A stretch of 64,000 nt of DNA from sequence record PP942979.1; one strand, 5' to 3'. Below are positions 54,581 through 64,000 of the stretch, one piece after another; positions within the stretch are counted from its first letter, which is position 1, and each line of letters starts with the position of its first letter. The notes beneath the pieces were generated by a model, which saw only the letters and a list, made by a program, of their open reading frames with translations, did not search any database and was not told where the DNA came from. A program made the position numbers and the translations under genes.

Positions 54581-54740
54581 GTAGGGCGCATATCGTGAGG
54601 AGTGCGCTCTATATGCGAATGACGCGATTCGCAGTACGAGAGAAGTTCTTGACCGTGTGTTTTCGTTTTTCCCGGACACACGGTCCTTTTTCAAGTGCCT
54701 TCGAAGTTTGAGGGTGCTTGCGAAAGGGTAGATACTCTTT
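54581..54740 (+). ncRNA. Candidate small structured RNA (alternatively a 32-aa leader peptide, 54613-54711)
   Basis: Own promoter; five consecutive hairpins, including a perfect 10-bp stem followed by CTTTTT. Confidence 0.45.
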
Positions 54741-54769
54741 GAACACTGCCAGCTATCTGGGAAGTATGC

Positions 54770-54821
54770 AGAAAACTGGACAAAATCGTGGTTGTTATCT
54801 GACGGCCACCTGAGCTATACT
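54770..54821 (+). promoter_or_regulatory. Box + -10 promoter (second of the pair)
   Basis: AGAAAACTGGACAAAATCGTG, TTGTTA, TATACT. Confidence 0.75.
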
Positions 54822-54880
54822 ATATGCAGACGCATTGAGCGTCGCAAACAACATATCACTTATACTGAGGAGTATTAAAC

Positions 54881-56488
<1,608 letters not shown>

Positions 56489-56576
56489 GTTCGACCTGTA
56501 ATACAAAACACTGATGATAGATGCGGTTCAGACAGAGCCGCATCTCTGACAACTAAGCTGATTGAGGAATCACACT

Positions 56577-57842
56577 ATGTCAAACGCAAACAAAATCCTG
56601 TTAAACGCTCGTGTTCGTCGTCTGGACGGTACTGTAACTTTCATCAACAAAGTAAACGCGAACGGATATAGCACCGACGCGAAGGGACCTCAGATCCCGG
56701 TCAAGCGTCTCGTAGTCGCAGGCAAAACTCTGAAAGAGATTGAGTCGCCGTTCTCGAAAGAGGAGCACGTAATCGTGCAGGGCGTATCAGTCAAACTGAA
56801 TAAGCGCCAGCAGCGTGAACTTGCTGATGGCTCGCTCGATGTTAAGTCTTTGAACCCTGACTTTGGTAAGCTGGTCTTCATCGACCCTGAAACAGGCAAA
56901 GCGACTGACGGGAAAGCCGTGAAGTCGAAAGCGAAAGCGAAAGATAAAGACGGTGTGAAAGCGGGTGTGAAAGCTACTCGCCAGCGCAACAAAGATACGC
57001 GCACTAAGAAAGAACGTAAGGCAGAAGTCGCTGCGTCAAATGACGAGCTGGACATGTTGCCGTCTGATAAGATTGATCGTAAAGCAGAGCTGGCCGGTAT
57101 CATCGACGCGACTGTGGCTGATGCGACAACCAAAGAACGTCGCAAGCTGTTGTCCGAAGCGTTCGATATGGACTGGAAAGATGTGAAGAAGCATGGCGGT
57201 AAAGGCGTCATCAAACATCTGGGCCGCAAAGCCGCGCAGTCTGCTGTGAATAAACTGAATGCTACCGTAACGCAGGATGCTTTCATTAAGCAGATGCCTG
57301 TTGCGTTGAAGCGTCTGATTCAGGACGGTACGTTGACGCTTAACAGAGCGCAGATTGAGCGCGTACTGAGTGCGCTTGACCTCGACGTGAAGTTCTACAA
57401 CATTGCTATGCAGACACTGTTGGGCAATCTCAAGCTGTCACTCGACCAGTCTGTCGCTGAGCCGAAAGCTGGTAAGAAAGTGAAGAAGGTGAAGAAAGCA
57501 AAAGCTACTTACGCCTCAGAGAAAGAGCAAAAGCGCCGTGTTAAGAAAATGAAACACTCGCTGATTGCTCCGCCGAAGAAAATGCTGAAAGAAGCGAAGG
57601 CCCATATGAAAGCTGCCAAAGCGGCTATCGCACAAAAGCTGGGTATCTCTTCGAAAGAAGTTCAGCGGGGTCTGCTGGTGTATCGTGCGAACGGCGATGA
57701 ACTGATGTTTGTTGCCTGTGATATGACGGGCCCTGTGTTCATCGGCAACGACGGTGAAGTGGCAGTGATTGCCTACGCAAACGTAGAGACTGCCTTCGAC
57801 TTCACTCTGAGCAAAACCTCTGAACTGGACGCCACTGTATGA
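56577..57842 (+). CDS. 421-aa Lys-rich protein paralogous to 54881
   Basis: GAGG RBS before MSNANK; shares the LDGT.T.I...A.GY...EIE N-terminal domain. Confidence 0.85.
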   Translation: MSNANKILLNARVRRLDGTVTFINKVNANGYSTDAKGPQIPVKRLVVAGKTLKEIESPFSKEEHVIVQGVSVKLNKRQQRELADGSLDVKSLNPDFGKLVFIDPETGKATDGKAVKSKAKAKDKDGVKAGVKATRQRNKDTRTKKERKAEVAASNDELDMLPSDKIDRKAELAGIIDATVADATTKERRKLLSEAFDMDWKDVKKHGGKGVIKHLGRKAAQSAVNKLNATVTQDAFIKQMPVALKRLIQDGTLTLNRAQIERVLSALDLDVKFYNIAMQTLLGNLKLSLDQSVAEPKAGKKVKKVKKAKATYASEKEQKRRVKKMKHSLIAPPKKMLKEAKAHMKAAKAAIAQKLGISSKEVQRGLLVYRANGDELMFVACDMTGPVFIGNDGEVAVIAYANVETAFDFTLSKTSELDATV

Positions 57843-58222
57843 CAAACAATGAAATTCTTTTGTCAGGTATGTTTGCTCAACTGTATGCGCGGCTGATGAC
57901 GGCCGCTGTATTGAAAACCCACGTGTACTACTCTGACTTGGCGCCGATTGTGTTCGGCGTCCAACTGTCGGTGATTAGCAGTGCGCAGTACGATGCTCTG
58001 TGGTCGCTTGTAAAAGAAACCATGAGCGTCGATATAGCTCACGGCAGGCCACCGCTTGCTGCGTTGTATGTATCAAGGGCATCTGATAGCAAGCTGCCTG
58101 CTAAGAAGTTCTTTCGTGAGTACCACAAGCTCACGGGCAAGAATTTGTCAGAAGCTGAATGGCAAGCACTCGTCGAAAATGTGTGGGAACACTATCAACC
58201 AAATCTTCGGGGTCTTGTATGA
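57839..58222 (+). CDS. Possible winged-helix DNA-binding protein
   Basis: VYYSDLA...GRPPLAALYVS...LP...FF pattern. Confidence 0.5.
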   Translation: MTNNEILLSGMFAQLYARLMTAAVLKTHVYYSDLAPIVFGVQLSVISSAQYDALWSLVKETMSVDIAHGRPPLAALYVSRASDSKLPAKKFFREYHKLTGKNLSEAEWQALVENVWEHYQPNLRGLV

Positions 58223-58680
58223 AAAAGTCAAAGGTCACAATCAGTCGGGGAGGCTACAAACCCTCCTCGCAAGAAGAGGCACAAAAGCTGGTGGCCGAGT
58301 TCATTCTTGGTACCATCGGTATCAACCCTACTGTTATCAGTCAGCAAATGCTGTTGAACGTTGCGAACTATAACTACCTGACTTCTATCGCCGACACTGG
58401 AAAAGCTAATCAAGCGAACCAGAGCGCATTGCATAAAACTGTAAAAGAACTTAATGCGTTCTGTAGATTGCACAAGATCTCGCTGGGATTACTAATTATG
58501 CCGCATACGTCTGCCAGCGATTATGCTGGTGACGAGGTTGTAGCGATTCCGTGGGAGCATGTGCAGAAAAACGCATTGAGCCAGTCGGCCATCACATCTC
58601 TGTTTGAAACAGTTGAAGCTGATGGTTATCCGCAGTTTGTGACTGATGCGAAAACAGTAGAGGGATACAATGTTCTATGA
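58219..58680 (+). CDS. Hypothetical protein
   Basis: ATGA coupling, MKKSKVT. Confidence 0.75.
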   Translation: MKKSKVTISRGGYKPSSQEEAQKLVAEFILGTIGINPTVISQQMLLNVANYNYLTSIADTGKANQANQSALHKTVKELNAFCRLHKISLGLLIMPHTSASDYAGDEVVAIPWEHVQKNALSQSAITSLFETVEADGYPQFVTDAKTVEGYNVL

Positions 58681-59950
58681 TCACGTATTCAACCACGACG
58701 AAAAGCAATTGCTTCTGTCGGTGGCTGAGTCTAAGTATCTGGTGCGGCTAGACTGCCCAGATTATTTGAAGAAGTCGAAACACGCAATTGAAGTTCGTCA
58801 TACCGTAACCAACCGCGGCGAGCAACGCCGTAGCGGAACAATAACAACTGCGTTTGTGCCTCGTATTCATTCAGCAACCGTACAGCGTTTGGTGCGTGAA
58901 GTGCGTGACACTCAAAGCAAAAGCGCGTCGTCCAGTCTCGCTGCACTATTCGAGCTTGGACTTGGTGTACCGAAGCAGCACGATATTGCGGTATACCTGA
59001 AAGACTACTGCCAGGAAAATGATAAGAAGGGTGTGGGTATCAAGTATATCCGCAAACTGATTAACGAGTACCATCGCAAGCACCGCCATAGTTTTGCAGG
59101 TAGTCGCTGGCTGATGCCTGCTGCGTATACAGCGAACATGCTGAACATGCAGTCCTTCATTCATCTGAAAGAAGGTGGTTACTCGAAGAAAGTGAAGGTA
59201 CCTGACGGCATTCCCGTTGTGTTCATCTATCAGAACACGAACCACGAGAAAGCAACCTTTACTTTGTGTGACGCATTCACGATAAGCCCGCTCGGCTATC
59301 CGATGCCGTTCGCGCAAATAGCTTTACGACCTGAGTTCAAAGCTGCACCGAAAGAGTTCAAGTCGAAAGCACTTCGTGGCAGAAGCATGTACGCGATGGT
59401 TATGGGCGTTGTCTACTGGGGAGAAGGTGATGCGCTTGATAACTTCCGCGAGCTACAGGAAATTGACGATGACCCGTATCTGACGTTGCTGACTAACGAC
59501 AAGTACGCTGATCGCCGTAGCCCTGAGTATCAGGAGCTGCTGGACCAGCGCATTGCGTTAAACGAACAGGCGCCAAAGTGGAACGAGATTATTGCGAAGT
59601 ATGGCAATACAACTCGCGTACTCAAGCCTGAGCAGGCAGAAAAGCTGGAGCAAGCAAACGAGTTCTTCCAGCAGCGTAAAGAGTTCATGGACGCTTTCGA
59701 CAAGTTCGAAAAGAAAGAGAACCATCACGCTGCGAAGCAATTTGCTGCGGCCAAAGCGCTGTTTGCTGCCGTTGATTGTGGCACTATCATGGACCGCACA
59801 ACGTACATGTCAGTGTCGTCCGGTCTTGACGATGTGAACAACATTCTCACCAAGTGGGGATTCACTACAGTCAACACTGTTAATAGTAGTTTGAAGAAGT
59901 CTATCCTTACTTACGACCGTAAAGGCGCAAGTCGCGTCTGGTCCCTGTAG
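58670..59950 (+). CDS. Hypothetical protein
   Basis: GAGGG RBS, 426 aa. Confidence 0.8.
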   Translation: MFYDHVFNHDEKQLLLSVAESKYLVRLDCPDYLKKSKHAIEVRHTVTNRGEQRRSGTITTAFVPRIHSATVQRLVREVRDTQSKSASSSLAALFELGLGVPKQHDIAVYLKDYCQENDKKGVGIKYIRKLINEYHRKHRHSFAGSRWLMPAAYTANMLNMQSFIHLKEGGYSKKVKVPDGIPVVFIYQNTNHEKATFTLCDAFTISPLGYPMPFAQIALRPEFKAAPKEFKSKALRGRSMYAMVMGVVYWGEGDALDNFRELQEIDDDPYLTLLTNDKYADRRSPEYQELLDQRIALNEQAPKWNEIIAKYGNTTRVLKPEQAEKLEQANEFFQQRKEFMDAFDKFEKKENHHAAKQFAAAKALFAAVDCGTIMDRTTYMSVSSGLDDVNNILTKWGFTTVNTVNSSLKKSILTYDRKGASRVWSL

Positions 59951-59977
59951 ACAACATATCTGAGGAGATAGTACAAC

Positions 59978-62900
59978 ATGTCTAATAATAACCTGGGCGC
60001 TGCTGCATCATTTGGTACCGAGACGCAAAAGCAAATCGCTAACGAACAGCGCCGCGCTAATTCGTCTGAGAGCGGTCATGTGAACAAATGCACCATCGTT
60101 GTTCTGACTGCGTTGAACGCGCATAACCGTTTCTCGTATCTGAGCGCGGACGAACAACTCTGTGAAAAGCCGATTGAAGGCAAAGTAATGGATCGTCTGC
60201 CCAACCTGATCGAACGCGCATCTGGCGCGTCGACCGACCAGAACAGCGCGTACTACATTCTGCATCCGAACAACGGCGTACCGACTCGCATCGACGAGCG
60301 TATCAAAGTGGGTGAAGGTGACGCGGTCATTATTTCGTATACTGTAAATAAAGCAGTGTCAGAGATGCACGGCAGTTTGTCTCTCGCATTGTTCAGTGCG
60401 GGCGAAAGCGACCTTGCAGACCTGGCCGCCGAGTTTGGTATTCACGCCATCTCGATTGTTGAAGAAAGCAAAGCTGGTGGTTATATTCAAGCGCTCGCCG
60501 CACAGGTAGAAGCTCTGAATATTGTAAATATCACAAGCATTGATGAAACTGACGGCGCTCTCGATAAAGCAGTAATCGACTACAGCGCGTTGCCGGCCAA
60601 TCCTGTTACTGTGCTGTCCGGCGCTGTGCGTACTTTCATCATGCAAACTATTAGCAGCGAAATCGTTGCTGCAATTCCAAATAACGGAGAACTGAACGTG
60701 AAACAACCTACCAACTCAACGCCTGTCGATCTGAACGAAGACTTCGACGCAGAAGACGAAGTTGTTGATCAGCAGGACGGCGGTGAAGACGAAGCTGCGG
60801 TCGGCACGGACCTGTTTGGCTACAAGGCTGAAACGCTGAGTGTCGAGCAAATGTCCGAAGCGCTCGAAGCTATCGACTACGATCTGTCTGCTATGGATGA
60901 AGACGGCATCCGCGAATCGTTCGAAACTGAGCAGGCCATCTGGCTGGCAAAATCTGATGACGCCGCTGCCGACGACGCGGACGACGCCGAAGATGAAGAA
61001 GAGGAAGAAGAGGACGACGAAGACGAAGAAGGCTTCGACGCTGTTCAGTTCCTCGCTTCTCTGCTGATGGCCGAAGACTTCGACCGCGATGCGCTGAAAG
61101 TTCTGGTCCGTACTCAAGACCTGAAAGTAATGAAGTCGGACACTGTTGAAACTCTGTCTGCTAAACTGCTGGAGCTGGTCGAAGGCGCAACCGAAGAAGA
61201 GATGTTTGAACTGATCAACACCTTCGTCGGCGCGCTGCAAGAGCGTGAAATCGAATGCCCGAACATGCTGGCAACTATCGCTGAGGAAGAAGACAGCGAA
61301 GAAGAAGATGCCGATGAAGAAGACGGCGAAGACGAAGAGGAAGATTCTGAGGAGGAGGAAGATGAAGACTCCGAAGAAGAAACCGAAGAAGAAGACGGTG
61401 ACGAACTGCAAGACCAGATCGAAGCTGTTACCGACCCGCTCGACTACTTCCAGTTCCCGGGCGGCGCTCTGTCTGCTGAACAACGCATGGCTGCTGTTGA
61501 AGCTATGGGCGAAAACGTTGAAGGTCTGACTATCGTGCAGGTAATGAAAGCGTTCACTCGCATTCAGGGCCAGACCAACGAAATCGCGGTAGAAGAAGAC
61601 GCCGAGCTGTCTAACGTTGAACAACTGACTGCGCTGCTGGGCCAGTACGACGAAGCGACCGTGCAGCACGTTGCTGAAAGCCTGGGCATCCTCGTTGACG
61701 AATGCGAAACCGTTGACGAAATGATCGAAGCGATTGCAAACGGCGGTAACGAAGATGACTTCGCTGCTGTTGAAGAAATCGCAACCAACTACGGTGTTGA
61801 CCTGTCCGAAGTTGCTGACGGCGAGGAGCTGGACTTTGTTGACGCTCTGCTGGCAGTGCTGCCGTCGTTCCTGAACGATGATGAAGTTGGCGAGCAGGAC
61901 GAAGAAGAAGACAGCGAAGATGAAGAAGACGCTGACGACGAAGATGAAGATGAAGTCGAAGCTGCTGGTGATGCCACTGCTGAGAACGATCATCTGAAAT
62001 TCGTTAAGTCCGTTGATACCTCCAATCGCGTCGGCCCGATGCTGACTGTCGATATGGACCAAACGCTGATCATCAACTTCACTCTGACCGACGGTGATAC
62101 TTACGCACCGATTGAAAGCGAACTGTCTGACATTAACGGCTTCAACTACCGCTACCCGTTCAACCTGGGCAAAGCTGGTAAAGCACCGGGCGCGATGCAC
62201 CTGCCGGCGCAGTCTCTGCTGGATATCATTGAGCGCACCAGCACCACGCGCTTCATGGCTAACCCGGCAACGTTCGATGTTGCAGCCTGGGCGGAAAGCC
62301 TTGAAGCAACTCTGGAAGATGAAATCGCATCCTCTCTGTATGCCGGTCGCATCGAAGAAGGTCTGGACCCTACCGAAGCCGGTCTGATTGTCGGTGACTT
62401 CATCGACGACGAAGAAATGCAGCAGGCAAGCGAACTCGGTTACATCGACGCTGACCAGTTCGACGAGCTGCAAGGTGATCATCTGCCGATTGCTGGTCTG
62501 TACAGTGCTAAGTCTCGCGTTCGTCCGGTGCAGGTTGATACTGCTCACGTCGCGCTGCACACCACTGTGATGAACGTCGCTGTTCCTGGCTTCTGGGGCG
62601 ACTCTGATGTTTCTCTGCTGGTGCAGGCTGCTGTTAACCGCGTTATCGCTCTGGCCGGTACTGTTGAAAACATCCGTGTGTACGCTGGCTTCACGTTCGA
62701 ATCTGCCGCACTGCTGAACAACGACCGCCTGTTTGCTGCGCTGACCGCTCTGCGCACCATGGAAGGCGTACAGTCTTACTCTGCTGCTGACGCTGCAAAC
62801 TTCGACGACGCCGAAGACGTAATCGAAGTAGCAAGTGCGCTGGACACCCGCGACCTGCCGCTGTCTATTCTGTCTGGTGGTCTGGCTGCTGCAACGTTCG

Positions 62901-62986
62901 ATAACGGCGGTGACCTGACTGTGCTGGTACAGTGTTCTCCGGAAGACGAAGAGTCCGAAGAAGAAGACGAAGGCGACGACGAGTAA
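59978..62986 (+). CDS. 1002-aa extremely acidic protein with repeated short helical modules
   Basis: GAGGAG RBS; D/E runs alternate with helical modules; terminator follows. Confidence 0.85.
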   Translation: MSNNNLGAAASFGTETQKQIANEQRRANSSESGHVNKCTIVVLTALNAHNRFSYLSADEQLCEKPIEGKVMDRLPNLIERASGASTDQNSAYYILHPNNGVPTRIDERIKVGEGDAVIISYTVNKAVSEMHGSLSLALFSAGESDLADLAAEFGIHAISIVEESKAGGYIQALAAQVEALNIVNITSIDETDGALDKAVIDYSALPANPVTVLSGAVRTFIMQTISSEIVAAIPNNGELNVKQPTNSTPVDLNEDFDAEDEVVDQQDGGEDEAAVGTDLFGYKAETLSVEQMSEALEAIDYDLSAMDEDGIRESFETEQAIWLAKSDDAAADDADDAEDEEEEEEDDEDEEGFDAVQFLASLLMAEDFDRDALKVLVRTQDLKVMKSDTVETLSAKLLELVEGATEEEMFELINTFVGALQEREIECPNMLATIAEEEDSEEEDADEEDGEDEEEDSEEEEDEDSEEETEEEDGDELQDQIEAVTDPLDYFQFPGGALSAEQRMAAVEAMGENVEGLTIVQVMKAFTRIQGQTNEIAVEEDAELSNVEQLTALLGQYDEATVQHVAESLGILVDECETVDEMIEAIANGGNEDDFAAVEEIATNYGVDLSEVADGEELDFVDALLAVLPSFLNDDEVGEQDEEEDSEDEEDADDEDEDEVEAAGDATAENDHLKFVKSVDTSNRVGPMLTVDMDQTLIINFTLTDGDTYAPIESELSDINGFNYRYPFNLGKAGKAPGAMHLPAQSLLDIIERTSTTRFMANPATFDVAAWAESLEATLEDEIASSLYAGRIEEGLDPTEAGLIVGDFIDDEEMQQASELGYIDADQFDELQGDHLPIAGLYSAKSRVRPVQVDTAHVALHTTVMNVAVPGFWGDSDVSLLVQAAVNRVIALAGTVENIRVYAGFTFESAALLNNDRLFAALTALRTMEGVQSYSAADAANFDDAEDVIEVASALDTRDLPLSILSGGLAAATFDNGGDLTVLVQCSPEDEESEEEDEGDDE

Positions 62987-62998
62987 TATCGTCTGATT

Positions 62999-63028
62999 GA
63001 GTGGCTCGAAAGGGCCACTCGCTTTTCT
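62999..63028 (+). terminator. Intrinsic terminator
   Basis: GAGTGGCTC-GAAA-GGGCCACTC then GCTTTTCT. Confidence 0.75.
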
Positions 63029-63043
63029 TGGGGATCTGTAAAC

Positions 63044-63871
63044 ATGACACAAGAAGTAGACCACGGAGCTAACATCGTCCGGATGATTGGTGAGCGTGAC
63101 GAAAAAATCCATACGCTTACTAGCGAGCTTGCAGAAGCCGTAGGTGATAAGAAAGACGTGGAACACGTTTTAGAGGATGAGGTTCACAGCAACACAGTGT
63201 TGCGTGTCGCCCTTCAACGTAAGGTTCGCCAACACGCCACTGAAATCGCTCTGCGTGATGAACGCATTCGTGAAGTTACTGGATTCTGCAACGAGCAGAC
63301 CGAAGAAGTTCGCGCTCTGAAAGCTGAACTCGAATCTGTAAAGAGTAAGCAAGAAGCGGCAAACCCGCTGCCTTTTGCTCTGCATATGATAATGTGTGCT
63401 GGCATCAACCACTACTACACAATCGTTATGCAACTCGCACACGGTACTGTAAATCGTGAAACGAATCGGGTAGCGCGAGACCTTGCCGAGCAGAACAAGT
63501 TGGACACGGTAGGTAAACAGCCTTCGCTGTACCGCTCTGTTGCAATGTATTGCTCTGCTGCTGGCACTGACGTACCAACGGGTGCAACGTTGCGTGAATC
63601 GCTTAAAGCTCACATCGAAGCAAATATTGACCTGTTCTTGAAAGACCCGCAATTCGAAATCTCTCGCTCAATGTTACGCCTTGTGTGGGAAGCGAATAAG
63701 AAAGCGGCTCATATGGGTTTCGGTGCGAATAACATCTGCCGCTCATTCAACTGGATGCCTGCCGCAGAAGTTGGCAGTCTTGAAACGCTGGATGATGAAG
63801 ACGACTACGAAGAATTGTTCTGCGAGTCGCTTCAAACAATTTGTTTCGATTTGATTAATCATAGCTTTTAA
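63044..63871 (+). CDS. Hypothetical protein with N-terminal coiled coil
   Basis: 275-aa ORF; heptad-like N-terminal third. Confidence 0.75.
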   Translation: MTQEVDHGANIVRMIGERDEKIHTLTSELAEAVGDKKDVEHVLEDEVHSNTVLRVALQRKVRQHATEIALRDERIREVTGFCNEQTEEVRALKAELESVKSKQEAANPLPFALHMIMCAGINHYYTIVMQLAHGTVNRETNRVARDLAEQNKLDTVGKQPSLYRSVAMYCSAAGTDVPTGATLRESLKAHIEANIDLFLKDPQFEISRSMLRLVWEANKKAAHMGFGANNICRSFNWMPAAEVGSLETLDDEDDYEELFCESLQTICFDLINHSF

Positions 63872-63875
63872 TAAT

Positions 63876-63953
63876 CTGTAAAAGTTACCTGTAATCGAAA
63901 CTGTAAACACTAATTGAAGTTCGAACCGAGCGACAAGCTCACATTTATAAATA
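63876..63953 (+). promoter_or_regulatory. Cluster of three CTGTAA boxes plus TATAAATA
   Basis: CTGTAA at 63876, 63889 and 63901; TATAAATA at 63946; intergenic. Confidence 0.5.
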
Positions 63954-63966
63954 CCGGAGCATTACA

Positions 63967-64000
63967 ATGGCTAAAGCATCAAAGACCACCTCACTGGCAC
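63967..64000 (+). CDS. 5' end of a gene truncated by the window (MAKASKTTSLA...)
   Basis: GGAG RBS then ATG; frame open to the window end. Confidence 0.6.
   Translation, partial: MAKASKTTSLA

Noticed and set aside
53770-54745. tRNA genes in the structured intergenic regions
   Set aside because: No cloverleaf with a T-loop GTTCRA, D-loop or acceptor stem could be built
60716-63166. 816-aa minus-strand ORF
   Set aside because: Antisense shadow of the GAN-rich acidic gene 59978; F/V/L/S-rich pseudo-protein with no RBS or motif

Overview
The window reads as 64 kb of a lytic jumbo phage genome. The host is probably an Enterobacterales plant pathogen; from memory, not verified, the gene content resembles Erwinia Y3 / Dickeya JA11-type myoviruses. 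About 100 tightly packed CDS lie on the + strand, with only the primase and one 56-aa ORF on the - strand. Left part (1-22 kb): DnaG-type primase, Cas4-like PD-(D/E)XK nuclease, SWIM protein, metallophosphoesterase, Acb1-like 2H phosphoesterase, a sigma70-like factor that appears to lack region 4.2, gp32-like SSB, intein-containing RecA, three proteins sharing the N-terminus MEIYVSLS, and an AmsF/WceF-like tailspike-fold enzyme. Right part (22-64 kb): an accessory region driven by ten copies of a conserved promoter module, encoding Tpt1/KptA, a radical SAM enzyme with a Cys/Gly-rich tail, TraR/DksA, UvsE, dUTPase, SLT transglycosylase, an HD protein, a candidate small RNA and very large charged low-complexity proteins. 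Main leads: (1) a two-class transcription programme (upstream box + extended -10 promoters versus a single-box CTGTAAAYA motif plus a truncated sigma); (2) a putative N-terminal virion-targeting peptide; (3) an acidic/basic paralog pair and a dispersed helical module in charged disordered proteins; (4) a radical SAM enzyme with a fused peptide-like tail. I recognised no rRNA, tRNA or CRISPR array. All homology calls come from motif recognition, not database searches.
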